Part shown: positions 1 to 10,107 of the stretch, piece after piece
Layout of the letters: each line of letters opens with the position of its first letter
How positions within the stretch are numbered: position 1 is the stretch's first letter
Assembly (NCBI GenBank): GCA_951406725.2
Contig: OX597824.1
Location: 558,001 to 622,000 of the forward strand
Reading direction: 5' to 3'
Length of the DNA: 64,000 nt
Source: Octopus vulgaris
Lineage: Eukaryota
The notes under the pieces: generated by a model
Seen by the model: the letters and a program-made list of their open reading frames with translations, nothing else
The model's database searches: none
What the model was told of the DNA's origin: nothing
Made by a program: the position numbers and the translations under genes

Positions 1-3
1 TAC

Positions 4-105
4 CAGATTCTTCATCTGCATCCTCCTCTGCCTCTCCACTATCATCATGCTCTTCTGCTTCTTCATCCTCTGGCTCTGAATCCTCTTCAGTTTCCCCATC
101 AGAAT
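4..105 (-). CDS. Coding exon 4 (acidic tract) of the minus-strand gene; gene continues beyond position 1
   Basis: On the minus strand, poly-T tract + AG (107-106) and GT (3-2). 102 nt, phase 1 to 1. Reads (H)SDGETEEDSEPEDEEAEEHDDSGEAEEDADEES, in frame with the 9520-9412 exon. Confidence 0.85.
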
Positions 106-612
106 CTAAAAAAAAGAAAAAGAAAAAAGACCATCAAAACCTGCAAAAATAAAGATTTCTGATGCACAAGGCACGGGTGTGGCTGTGTGGTTAAGAACTT
201 AGCTTCCTAACCACATGGCATTTGGATTCAAACTTACCTGGCACCTTGGGCAAGTCTCTTGTCCTACAACCCCAGGAAAACAAAGCCTCGAGTGGATTTA
301 GTTCACAGAAACTGAAAGATGCTCACCACACAAATTTTATATATATATATATAATTATACATACATACATACAACCCTTGATTCAATAGCACTAAGTATA
401 AACTGTATACTTGGAATGACCAATTTTAAATACTATTAGATTTTACTCATAAGGTATTGGAATCTTATATGTATACCATTCTGCCTAAAAAAATGGATCT
501 ACAAATGCAATATCCCTACATATGTCACATCTATTTTCTTTTATTTCCTCCACCTCACTCTCTATTTTATATCTTATCCAAATAAACTATTTCTTAACCA
601 TCCTCTCACACC

Positions 613-660
613 GTCTCTGATGAAGGGATATAATAAATATCCTGGAAACGGCTGTAAGAC
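613..660 (+). ncRNA. Minimal type-I hammerhead ribozyme motif (Penelope-like element terminus)
   Basis: GTCT-CTGATGA-aggGATAT/ATATCct-GAAA-C(GGCT)G-TA^AGAC. Stem I, core, stem II and stem III all present; GUA cleavage triplet. Confidence 0.7.
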
Positions 661-1684
661 CATCTACCTATAAATGTTCTAAAATCTACACAGCCTTGGT
701 TTTTTTATCTCATTACAAAAAAATTTATACATACATACATGCATATATATATATATATATAGTTGTTATTATGCAAAAGTGTCCTAAGTTCAAAACGTTG
801 CTTTTTCAAAAGACGAAACAATAGTTTCACCATTCCGTTTCTTTTTACATTAGCAACAATTTCAGCTGAACTTTGTTGGGGGCATAAAATCGTAACTCCA
901 TGCATGAATGATATTTTCAGCCAGAAATATTTTTGCAAAACTGTCATATGTGGGACTTACTACACTCTTGAAAAATGCTAAACTGTTGCACTACACTTTG
1001 ACAACTTTTGATATCTTGGCATCTGAAGCAGCCAGAGATACAATAGTTTGACCAAAAGAAGCAGCTATTGCAAGCAAAATTAAATATCAACTCACTCCCT
1101 CCCCAAAACTTGCTGGCCTTGGGTCAAAAATTTGCTTCAACAAACTCTGTCTGACCCACACAAGAATGGAAGTTGATGACACAATATACACAGAAATATC
1201 ATCAGTATCACAATAATGTGTTTCCATGCTGACACAGGTAAGACAGGCAAGGCAGCATCCAACAGGTCCAAGAACACCATCGTTTCTACAACCAGATGCC
1301 CTTCCTAGAGCCAACAACCTTACAGAATGGACTGGGGGCTTCTTTTTTTTTTTTTGTAATACCGGTACTACCCAAGTCGCCATGCAACTTGTAAGACGAC
1401 GATCCCCTTTGCACTGAGTAAAGGAGAAGGTGGGTCTACACTAAGAGATGAGGAGTCATTATGCAAGAGAAAGAGGGCCAGAACAGATTTCTTTTTGTAG
1501 AGGAACTGGGAAGGGCTGGAAGGAGATAAAATAGTAATAGTGAGGTTGGGGGGGGTGAAAGGTTTTATACTTCATAAATAGGAATTCCAAGGAATCATTA
1601 CCAACATGTGCTTAAAAGAAATCACACATAGCACCTGGAAATTAATAGTTGTTGGCATAAATACAACATTATGCAAAATTGGTT

Positions 1685-2203
1685 TTATAGTTCTATATTT
1701 CAGAGATGAGAAATTATGCACATTATTTATATTATTTACATTTGACGGATATTTGTCCTCATCTTATTTGGTGTTAACACAACGTTTCGGCTGATATACC
1801 CTCCAGCCTTCATCAGGTGTCTTGGGGAAATTTTGAACCTGGGTTCTCATTCCTAAGGTATTTTTCAATGTTACTGTTATTATTATTATTAATCTAATAT
1901 TTTTCCTATCCTTTCTTAATACTGATTCCCATAGATTTATAAACCCCACAAAATTCACTCCATAATTGCTCACGGGCATACGGCGTAGTGGTTAAGAGTG
2001 CGGACTACAAACCCCAAGATTCCGAATCCGATTCCAGGCAGTGACCTGAATAATAACAACAACATCGAAAAATACCCTAGGAATGAGAACCCAGGTTTGA
2101 AATTTTCCCAAGACACCTGATGAAGGCTGGAGGGTATATCAGCCAAAACATTGTGTTAACAACAAACAAGATGAGGACAAATATCCGTCACATGTAAATA
2201 ATG
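1685..2203. mobile_element. tRNA-headed, hammerhead-containing retroelement with inverted partial copy
   Basis: tRNA-like head ~1972-2047 (A box cggcgtagtgg, degenerate B box). The arm at ~2050-2203 is the reverse complement of ~1720-1890. Flanking direct repeat AAAATTGGTT at 1675-1684 and 2204-2213. Confidence 0.7.
1777..1820 (-). ncRNA. Minimal hammerhead ribozyme motif, intact core
   Basis: Minus strand: ACAC-CTGATGA-aGGCTG..CAGCC-GAAA-CG-TT-GTGT, with palindromic AACGTT in place of stem III. The plus-strand twin at 2113-2156 has GAAA changed to AAAA. Confidence 0.7.
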
Positions 2204-2667
2204 AAAATTGGTTATATTGGGTAATTAGGAAATGATTGTAAACAAATGATTTAATCACTCCATTCTTTGATATTTGTCATTTTACACACACATATATATA
2301 TACAGACACACATACTTCAATCTACCAGTACCTTCCACTGACCATTCTCCTACGCACATGGGTAGGCAGACACAAGAGTCACTCCTACTTCATTCTTCCT
2401 TGACCTTAAACGATACTAAGCCCAACCACAAACATAGATTAACAGCAACAACCACACACACACACACACACGTGCTATCATTACACACATACACACACAC
2501 AGACCCGCATGTGCACGCACATATCCACACTTACACACACACACTCTGTCTTTGAAAGAAATTTTTCTTCACCCATTCCCTTCCGGTCATTCAAAATGTG
2601 ACCGTGTGTGTATCGCTGGCGATTTTTTTCCTCCATCTTCCCTTCCTTGGATCTTTCCTTTTCCTAT

Positions 2668-2702
2668 GTTTCTGATGAAGAGCTCCGCTTGAAACGTTAA
2701 AT
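2668..2702 (+). ncRNA. Minimal hammerhead ribozyme motif in a Penelope-like terminal repeat (~2560-2790)
   Basis: GTTT-CTGATGA-aGAGC(tcc)GCTT-GAAA-CG-TT-AAAT. The element ends at a (TA)n tract. Confidence 0.65.
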
Positions 2703-2791
2703 CCTCCTTGTTTCTTTTCTTTCCTGAGCATTCAATAACACTATACTTGTTCTACGTCCTCGCGTTGTTGTGTTTTCATGTTTGGATTAAC

Positions 2792-2828
<37 letters not shown>

Positions 2829-3829
2829 GAGTATATAAGGATAACTTATCAAGGTGGGTATTGTATGAGCACTCAATTATAATCCATGTTCCAGATAACC
2901 ACTTTGAGTAGTGAGGATTACCTAGGATTACTGAGGGTGAGCAATCCCACTGTAATCCATCCTGAGTTCACTGGATTATGAATATTTGGGGAGTGTAAAT
3001 CCAAGATAATTACAATGAATACGGAGACTGGTACATGTGCATATTTTTTGCTCTTATTTTTACAGCTTAAATGGTTTACATATGACCGACACGTGTTTCT
3101 GCTGCATAGAGAATTAGCAATGACATTTGCATCCGTCTATTTCCAATTCTGCACCTTTACTTAAGGTCTGTCAACAGACCTTGAATGTGGTTTGAAGTGA
3201 ACTTCGTGTGGTTAACATAGGTTACAATGGTTTTTAGACAGACAAAAAGAAAGGGACGGGGAAACGAAGACATCCGATACGGCGATAGAAATGACTGCGT
3301 GACTGACCTCATCCCAACCTTAAGTAGCAATCAATATTCTCATTAAATCGAAATATCTTTTTTATAAATCATAGCATGCAGAAACAGCATATTATCTAAA
3401 ACTCGTTTACACACAGAATTTTCAAATTGCCATCATAAATTAGTTCCTTATAACACACATCTAATTTAATTTGATTTTATTTCACTTCATTTAGTACCCA
3501 GCTGTTGTACAAAACATTGAGAAATACACTTTGACCTACTTAAGCATCTAAGACTCTCAATTGCAAACTCAAGTTTGTCTTACGTATATATAGTTTAAAT
3601 TTAAGGAAAACAAAGGACGAAGACAGGTGAGGGAACAACAAGCAAGTGTATTAGATTGATTGCTTGGGAAAAATGAGAAAGTCTTTGATGTTTTGAGCCT
3701 ACGTTTTTGAGACAGAAAGGGTTGAGAAGAAAAAAGTGCACAAGTGTGCGTGTTTGTGCAAATGTTTTTGTGAGTGAGCTTAAAATTACGTGCCTTTGTG
3801 TGTGTGTGTATATGATGTATACATATATA

Positions 3830-4216
3830 GGCGCAGGAGTGCCTGTGTACTAAGTAGCTTGCTTACCAACCACACAGTTCGGGGTTCAATCCCACTGCGT
3901 GGCACCTTGGGCAAGTGTCTTCTACTATAGCCTTGGGCCAACAAAAGCCTTGTGAGTGGATTTGGTAGACGGAAACTGAAAGAAGCCTGTTGTATATATA
4001 TGTGCGTGTGTTGTGTGTATTTGCCCTCCCACCACCACCACCATTACTTAACAAACGATGTTGGTGTGTTTACATCCCCGTAAATTTAGCAGTTCGGCAA
4101 AAGAAACCGATAGAATAAGTACTAGGCTTACAAAGAATAAGTTCAGGGTTTGATTTGTTTGACTAAAGGCGGTGCTCCAGCATGGCCACAGTCAAATGAC
4201 TGAAACAAATAAAAGT
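3830..4216 (+). mobile_element. tRNA-derived SINE (full-length-like copy)
   Basis: Head ggcgcaggagtg…gggttcaatccc, body ggcaccttgggcaagtgtcttctactatagcc. Related copies near 172, 17950, 18340, 21195, 24430, 46415, 53640-53900, 59760 and 59905-60288. Confidence 0.8.
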
Positions 4217-4223
4217 ATATATA

Positions 4224-4710
4224 TCATCATCATCATCGTTTAATGTCCGCTTTCCATGCTGGCATGGGTTGGACGATTTTGACTGAGGGCTGGGGAGCCA
4301 GATGGCTGCACCAGGCTCCAATCTTGATCTGGCAGAGTTTCTACAGCTGGATGCCCTTCCTAATGCCAACCACTCCGAGAGTGTAGTGGGTGCTTTCTAC
4401 ATGCCACCGGCAAGAAGGCCAGTCAGGCGGTACTGGCAATGACCTCGGTCGAATCTTTTTACACATGCCAGTGAAGCGACGTTGGTAACGATCACGCTCG
4501 AATGGTGCCCTTTTACGTGCCACGGGTACGGAAGCCAGTTGGCTGCTCTGGCAACGATCACGCTCGGATGGTGTTCTTGGCACCCTACTAGCACAGGCAT
4601 AAGTGCCAGTAAGGCGACGCTGGTAACGATCATACTCGAATAGCCGCTCTGTCAACGATCACACTCGTATGGTGCTCTTTGCACCCCGCTAGCACAAATG
4701 CCAGTCATCG
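4224..4710 (-). mobile_element. 5'-truncated RTE LINE 3' UTR with several diverged ~60-bp internal repeats
   Basis: (CAT)n tail + gtttaatgtccgctttccatgctggcatgggttggac…ctacagctggatgcccttcc. The same tail follows the RTE ORF end at 20091-20722. Further copies near 5240, 11216, 12790, 15140, 16585, 24030, 24845, 33726, 34465 and 53260-53620. Confidence 0.8.
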
Positions 4711-5868
4711 AATAAACACACACACATGCACACATATATATATATATACATACATGCATACATATATATATATATATAGACATAAGTAAATCTAAATATA
4801 GGGTAAAAATTAAATATTATTTCTTACTAGTGGTCAGTGTGAGTAAAAATGTCCGTAGACTGCAAATATTATATGTGTGTATAAAAATTATAGATGAAGG
4901 GGAAAGCCACTGAGTGGTTTTCCAACATGCTAGAAATAGGAGTTAAATCCCTAACCTCATTTCAGCACGTTGAATATAGGCAGGCAGGACAATTTGAGAG
5001 AATTCAAAAATAATTAGCTATCCCCTTACTTCAAAATTTTGCCCTTAACAACTAAGTATGATTAAAGCCACTTTTCCCCTTGTGCAATATAATATATATA
5101 TATATATATATTATATTATATTACATGTGTGTATAAAAATTATACACAAGGAGAAAAGGGGATTCGAAGACCTGACAAATGAAGTGAGTTCATGGCTCGC
5201 AGGACAGCCTGCTGCGCTGACCTTGGATCGTAGAGTGACCCCCTGTTCTTGAGGAGACCTGTTGAGTCAAGTTCATCAACATCAAAAATTCGAATGGTGA
5301 TTGTAGTTAAGACACCAGTGCTGGTGACACGTAAAAGCACCGTTCGAGCGTGGCAGTTACTAGCGTCCGTGTCGGTGACACGTAAAATCACCAACCGATC
5401 ATGGATATTTGCCAGCCTGCTCTGGCTCCTGTGCCGGTGGCACATAAAAAACACCCACTACACTCACGGAGTGGTTGGCGTTAGGAAGGGCATCCAGCTG
5501 TAGAAACACTGCCAAATCAGACTGGAGCCTGGTGCAGCCTCCATGGCTTACCAGACCCCGGTCGAATCGTCCAACCCATGCTAGCATGGAAAACAGACGT
5601 TAAATGATGATGATGATGATATATATTATATTACAACGACCTCGAACACACAAGAGTAAACAAAAGAAACAGAGACAGGCAGAAACAAGGAAAATGTCAC
5701 TTGTATTTGAACACTATACAAATATTCTTTTTAAAAAACTTTTCTTTTATCATCATCGTTTAACGTCAATTGTTACAGTTGAAAAAGTCTCAATGACTGA
5801 AACCGGAACTGAAATGTTTTTTATAAAATTATTTTAGCATTTCCTATCTTGACTTTTTTTTCCATATG

Positions 5869-5900
<32 letters not shown>

Positions 5901-5901
<1 letters not shown>

Positions 5902-7730
5902 TAGCTGATTGACCCAGCATTGCTTGGGTTACTGCCATCCTTATTCAGATTAGGAAACACATATAAAGAAATATTTTCATAATTATTTCAAAATATCTAT
6001 ATTTCATTTAAAAATATCCAAATTGTAGAATTTCAAACTGAAAATCTGTCAATGTAGAAGCAGCTCAGGGTAAACACTGTTCATTGGGTAATTTTTTGTT
6101 GGTCTCAAGATGAATAAATTGTTGCTGCTTCCAACTCACAAGCAAGCAACATAGAGTTGGCCATGGGAGGAGCATGTAGTAGAGAGATCAAGTCCAACTA
6201 CCTTGAGGGATTGACCCTGAGATTTGTTGATTGAAATAACAAAACTTAGTTTGATTGGAAATGGAAATGGTATGAGAGGAATTTTTGGAATAAAGACATT
6301 CTCTCCTTTGTGACTACCTGTTATGATTGTTGCCTCTAGGACATGTGGCTTCATGGAAATAACAATTACACAGGTGAGATGGGTCAAGATTCTTAAGCAA
6401 CGTAATGGGAGCACCCAGTTTTATTGTCAAGTTATGAGGTGGCATCCCAGTGGATTTAAGTGGGTTCAGAAATCCAACAGGGTATTGAACAACCTGATTT
6501 TGATCAACTGTTGTCAATTGATTGAAAAGTCATTTATGATGTATTTGTTAACTTTTGAAGAAGTTTATGATTGAGTTTATCAACCAATTCCTTAGTTGGA
6601 GCTAATAAAAGCTCTTTCACATAATTAGGAAACACTTTAGCCATAAGATCCGTAAGAGAAAGTATCAATTCACCGCATGTAATTTCACGGAGCTGAAGTC
6701 TTGAGTTGAATGTTAATATCCCGTTACCAATCTTAAGAACCAATCATCTTGTAGAAGTACTCCGATGTTGCTTGTAAGATGAAGTCTTTTCACGTGTCTC
6801 CAAATGTACGATTTTTTTTTTAAGCTTTTGATTCTTGGGGACAACTGGCAACATCTGATGAAAATCCCCTGCAAGAAGAACTGTTACTCCTCCCATGAGC
6901 ATGCTATTGTTCTTTTATGTCTCAGAGGATACGGTCAAGTAACTCTGGTGCTCCACGATGCACTCATCCCAAACAATGAGACAAGCTTGTTGGAGGAACT
7001 GTTGCCATTGCAGAGTTTTTGGAAATGATGCACGTATGAGATTCTTTCATTGCAAGGTTTAGAGGGAGCTTGAACATGGAATGAGCAGTTCTTCCCCCAG
7101 TTGAGGAGGGTAGCTGCAATACCAGAAGATGCAACACTGGAAGAAGGTTAGATTTTATTTCCACCCGTTTAAGATTGCAGGTGAAAGTGACAAAAAGATC
7201 TGCTTTTCCATTTGTCCTGGCAAATGTCATAGCATCTTGTGTTTGTTCATGCATATATCAAGGACAACCTTTGAATGATGATGGGAAGATTATAAGTTGC
7301 CCCACGTTTTGAATACCACCATCTGTCCTTTAGACCGTAACTATTTTTTGATTGTGGTGAATGTAGAGTAGACGCTGACTCTCACCTTCAGCATAGACAT
7401 CAACCAGGTATTGCTGAAATAGATCACGATACAGGTGTAATTGATTTGATTGTTCTGGTCCTAACATCAATTGGTAAGAACAGAAGGCATCCGATGACCC
7501 CTTTTTTTGTTTGTAATTGGCTCGCCTGTTGCAGGTTCAATCTGTGGAATATTGAAATAATACCCATCTTGCCCATTCCACAGAATAAGAGGAAACTGCA
7601 GAGCATCATAAGAGGGATGAGTCTCTGAAACATGCTTAAGGCAATAATGAGAATGTCACGATTTTCGTGGGGATCACCTACCATAACGAAGGCTACTTCA
7701 TTAGATGTGAGCTCACTAAAACAGCACAAA
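5901..7730 (-). mobile_element. Degenerate, internally deleted Helitron (RepHel relic) with intact 3' terminus
   Basis: PIF1-type motifs FPIKLSFVISINKSQGQSLKVVGLDL…SHGQLYVA and GGRTAHSMFKLPL; Rep motif DAM…GKADLFVTFTCN. The minus-strand end is the hairpin cccaagcaatgctggg followed by CTAG|T at 5904-5901. Confidence 0.85.
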
Positions 7731-7989
7731 ATGTCCTTTACTATGGTTTACTATAGACGTAATGAATGCAGATACACACACACACACTCACAGACACTCA
7801 TGAAATCGATAATACTGAAAACAGCAAAACGTACACACACAAAGTTCAAGTGAAATGAAATGTAGTCAATATAGGTGCAAAACATACTTTCTGTGGCATA
7901 GTTATGCTATAAAAACATCTTTTAGGGAATATTTCCAAAAGAAATATTCCAGCATTGGAAAGTCACCAATTTAGCAAAAATTACTAATC

Positions 7990-8555
7990 CATTGATATGC
8001 AAAAATATTAATCATATTTGGTAATGAAACCGATCTGAAAGAAGGGTCTTTATGAGAGTGAAGAATAAATAAAGAAGAAGAGCAGAGAGAAGAAAAAGGG
8101 AAAAGTTGAATCTGGTTGTAATCCTACCACTTTGATTGTGGATCTCTTTGGGACATTAAGTAAAAGACTAAGCCAAAATAGCGATTAGTGGATTAATCCT
8201 CTATAAAAAGAGGGGGGGAGGTTATAAGATGGTTAAATAAAAATATAAAAAAACCAAAAATAATAGTGGGATACGTCAATAGGTTTTAGTCGGAATAAGG
8301 GTACCCCACAATTAATTTTTGTTTTTTTATTATTTATCCATCCTACCCCACCCTGTACAGAGGATTAACCCACTAATAGCTATTTTGGTTTAGTTTTTTT
8401 TTTACTTAACGCTCCAAAGAGATACACAAGCAAAATGGTAGGACTACAACCATATTCAACTTTTCCTCTTCTTTATTCTTCACTCTGATGAAGCTCCATG
8501 TTTCAGATTGGTTTTATTAACAAATATGATTAATATTTTTAGCTTATAAATGGCA
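7990..8555. repeat. Long imperfect inverted repeat (foldback), arms ~270 bp
   Basis: aaaaatattaatcatatttg / caaatatgattaatattttt; aaagttgaatctggttgtaatcctacca / tggtaggactacaaccatattcaacttt; centre near 8290. Confidence 0.75.
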
Positions 8556-9025
8556 ATACCATACAACATTGGACGCAGATACAGCTGTTAGATGGGGTGC
8601 AGACTATTTGCATTGAATAAGAATAATTCAATAATAATTGAATTAAAACTATTGAAAAGGTTGCAAGACGCAACAAAAATTTTAGGAGAATAAAAATAAG
8701 AAAAATGTGGAAATTTTACCGGTGAGTGTGTTACATAATAAGGCACAAAAAGAAAATTACTCTCCCCAGACAATTGAATTAATAATAATAATAATAACTG
8801 ATGTAAGTCAGTTGTTGTTTGTCAGTACTTCTCCATTTTCTGTTTTCTTCAAATTTTGATTCTTGATAAACTCAATTTATGAGCATAATATGCTTGCATG
8901 TGTATGCCTCTCGTTAAATACAGGTAATATACCAGTAGCGTAATGGATTTCTTTCCTTTAGACGGTTATTTTAACCATCGTTAGCCACTACATACATTTT
9001 TTCTCTCCTTGTTTTTTCTGTGCCC

Positions 9026-9061
9026 CTTTCTGTAGAAGAGCGTAGGCTCGAAACGTAAAAG
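9026..9061 (+). ncRNA. Hammerhead-like motif with variant core
   Basis: CTTT-CTGTAGA-aGAGC(gtag)GCTC-GAAA-CG-TA^AAAG. Degenerate related copy on the minus strand at 3683-3719. Confidence 0.5.
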
Positions 9062-9411
9062 ACTTTTTCTATTCCTGAGCGTTATACAAATACATCTGTT
9101 TGTTTTCTGCACCACCTGTCTTTGTCTTTTGTTTCTTTCGTAAACTCTCCCTATATATATATATACACACACACACCCCCATGTATATGTTGCAAGTACC
9201 TCTCCTGCCATTCCTTATGCTATTCTAGATTACCATTCCTCTTGAGTTACCAAATGTAAACAACCAGCATCCATAGCACCACCACACAAACATCCTTGAA
9301 CCCATAAGTCTCAGTGTGTTTTCTGTACATTTTTGTATCACAATTACAGACAACTTCAGGAAGACTAAATCAATACGTTGACCCCCAACTGGACACAAAA
9401 CCTGTACTTAC

Positions 9412-9520
9412 GTGCTCTTTTGGTGTCTTTTACTAAATCTTGTACAAGCTTCATGAATGGATCTTCCTCTTCATCCTCAGAAGATGATGATGATGATGGC
9501 AGCAGTGATGCTGAAACAGG
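9412..9520 (-). CDS. Coding exon 3 of the minus-strand gene
   Basis: tcttattcag acceptor, gtaagt donor. 109 nt, phase 0 to 1. PVSASLLPSSSSSSEDEEEDPFMKLVQDLVKDTKRA. Confidence 0.85.
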
Positions 9521-10070
9521 CTGAATAAGAAGAGAATGAAAGTCAAAAACCTGTCAAGTGGCATTTAGATTTCTGACTCAGATTTAAGGGGAAGAGTTAA
9601 GCTGACAATATCAAGATTGATATGTTGAGTAGTACTTCATGTTATTGACCCCAGAATCATGAAAAACAAAGTTAACCTAGGTGGGATTTGAACTCAGAAT
9701 GTAGAGATTTGTAACTAAAAAACCATAAGCCATTTTAACTGATCCTCTACCAGTTCTGTCAATTAGTAAAATATTGAGGGAAATTATGTTTTTTCCCCCT
9801 CTGTAAGTAGCTTGAGAACACACCAGACACACACACACTGACCTAATTTATAGTTCAAAGAAGGGGACCGGCTCGACTGCCTTCCTCCACTAAACAATTC
9901 TTGACTAATAATGGATCCTCAATGGGTTGGACAAATATATTGAGACATTGACAGCCAGTAAATAAAATATTGCAAAATTCTGGTTTCTTTGGGGGTACCC
10001 CCCACTCATGGTTTCTTTGGGGGTACCCCCACTCATATTTATTAAGAAATATAAAATAAATAACACTCAC

Positions 10071-10107
10071 ATGCTTTTCTACAGGGAAGCGATCAGGTGG
10101 AATATTT
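10071..10107 (-). CDS. Coding exon 2 (37 nt) of the minus-strand gene
   Basis: ctttctcttttag acceptor, gtgagt donor. Phase 2 to 0. (K)NIPPDRFPVEKH bridges exons 1 and 3 in frame. Confidence 0.8.

Noticed and set aside
1972-2047. Functional tRNA gene
   Set aside because: The acceptor and T stems do not pair well and the B box is degenerate; it is fused to a repeat body, so it is treated as a SINE-type head.
5766-5812. Additional hammerhead (agtc/gact-GAAA-CCGG)
   Set aside because: The CUGANGA half is unrecognisable; at best a relic.
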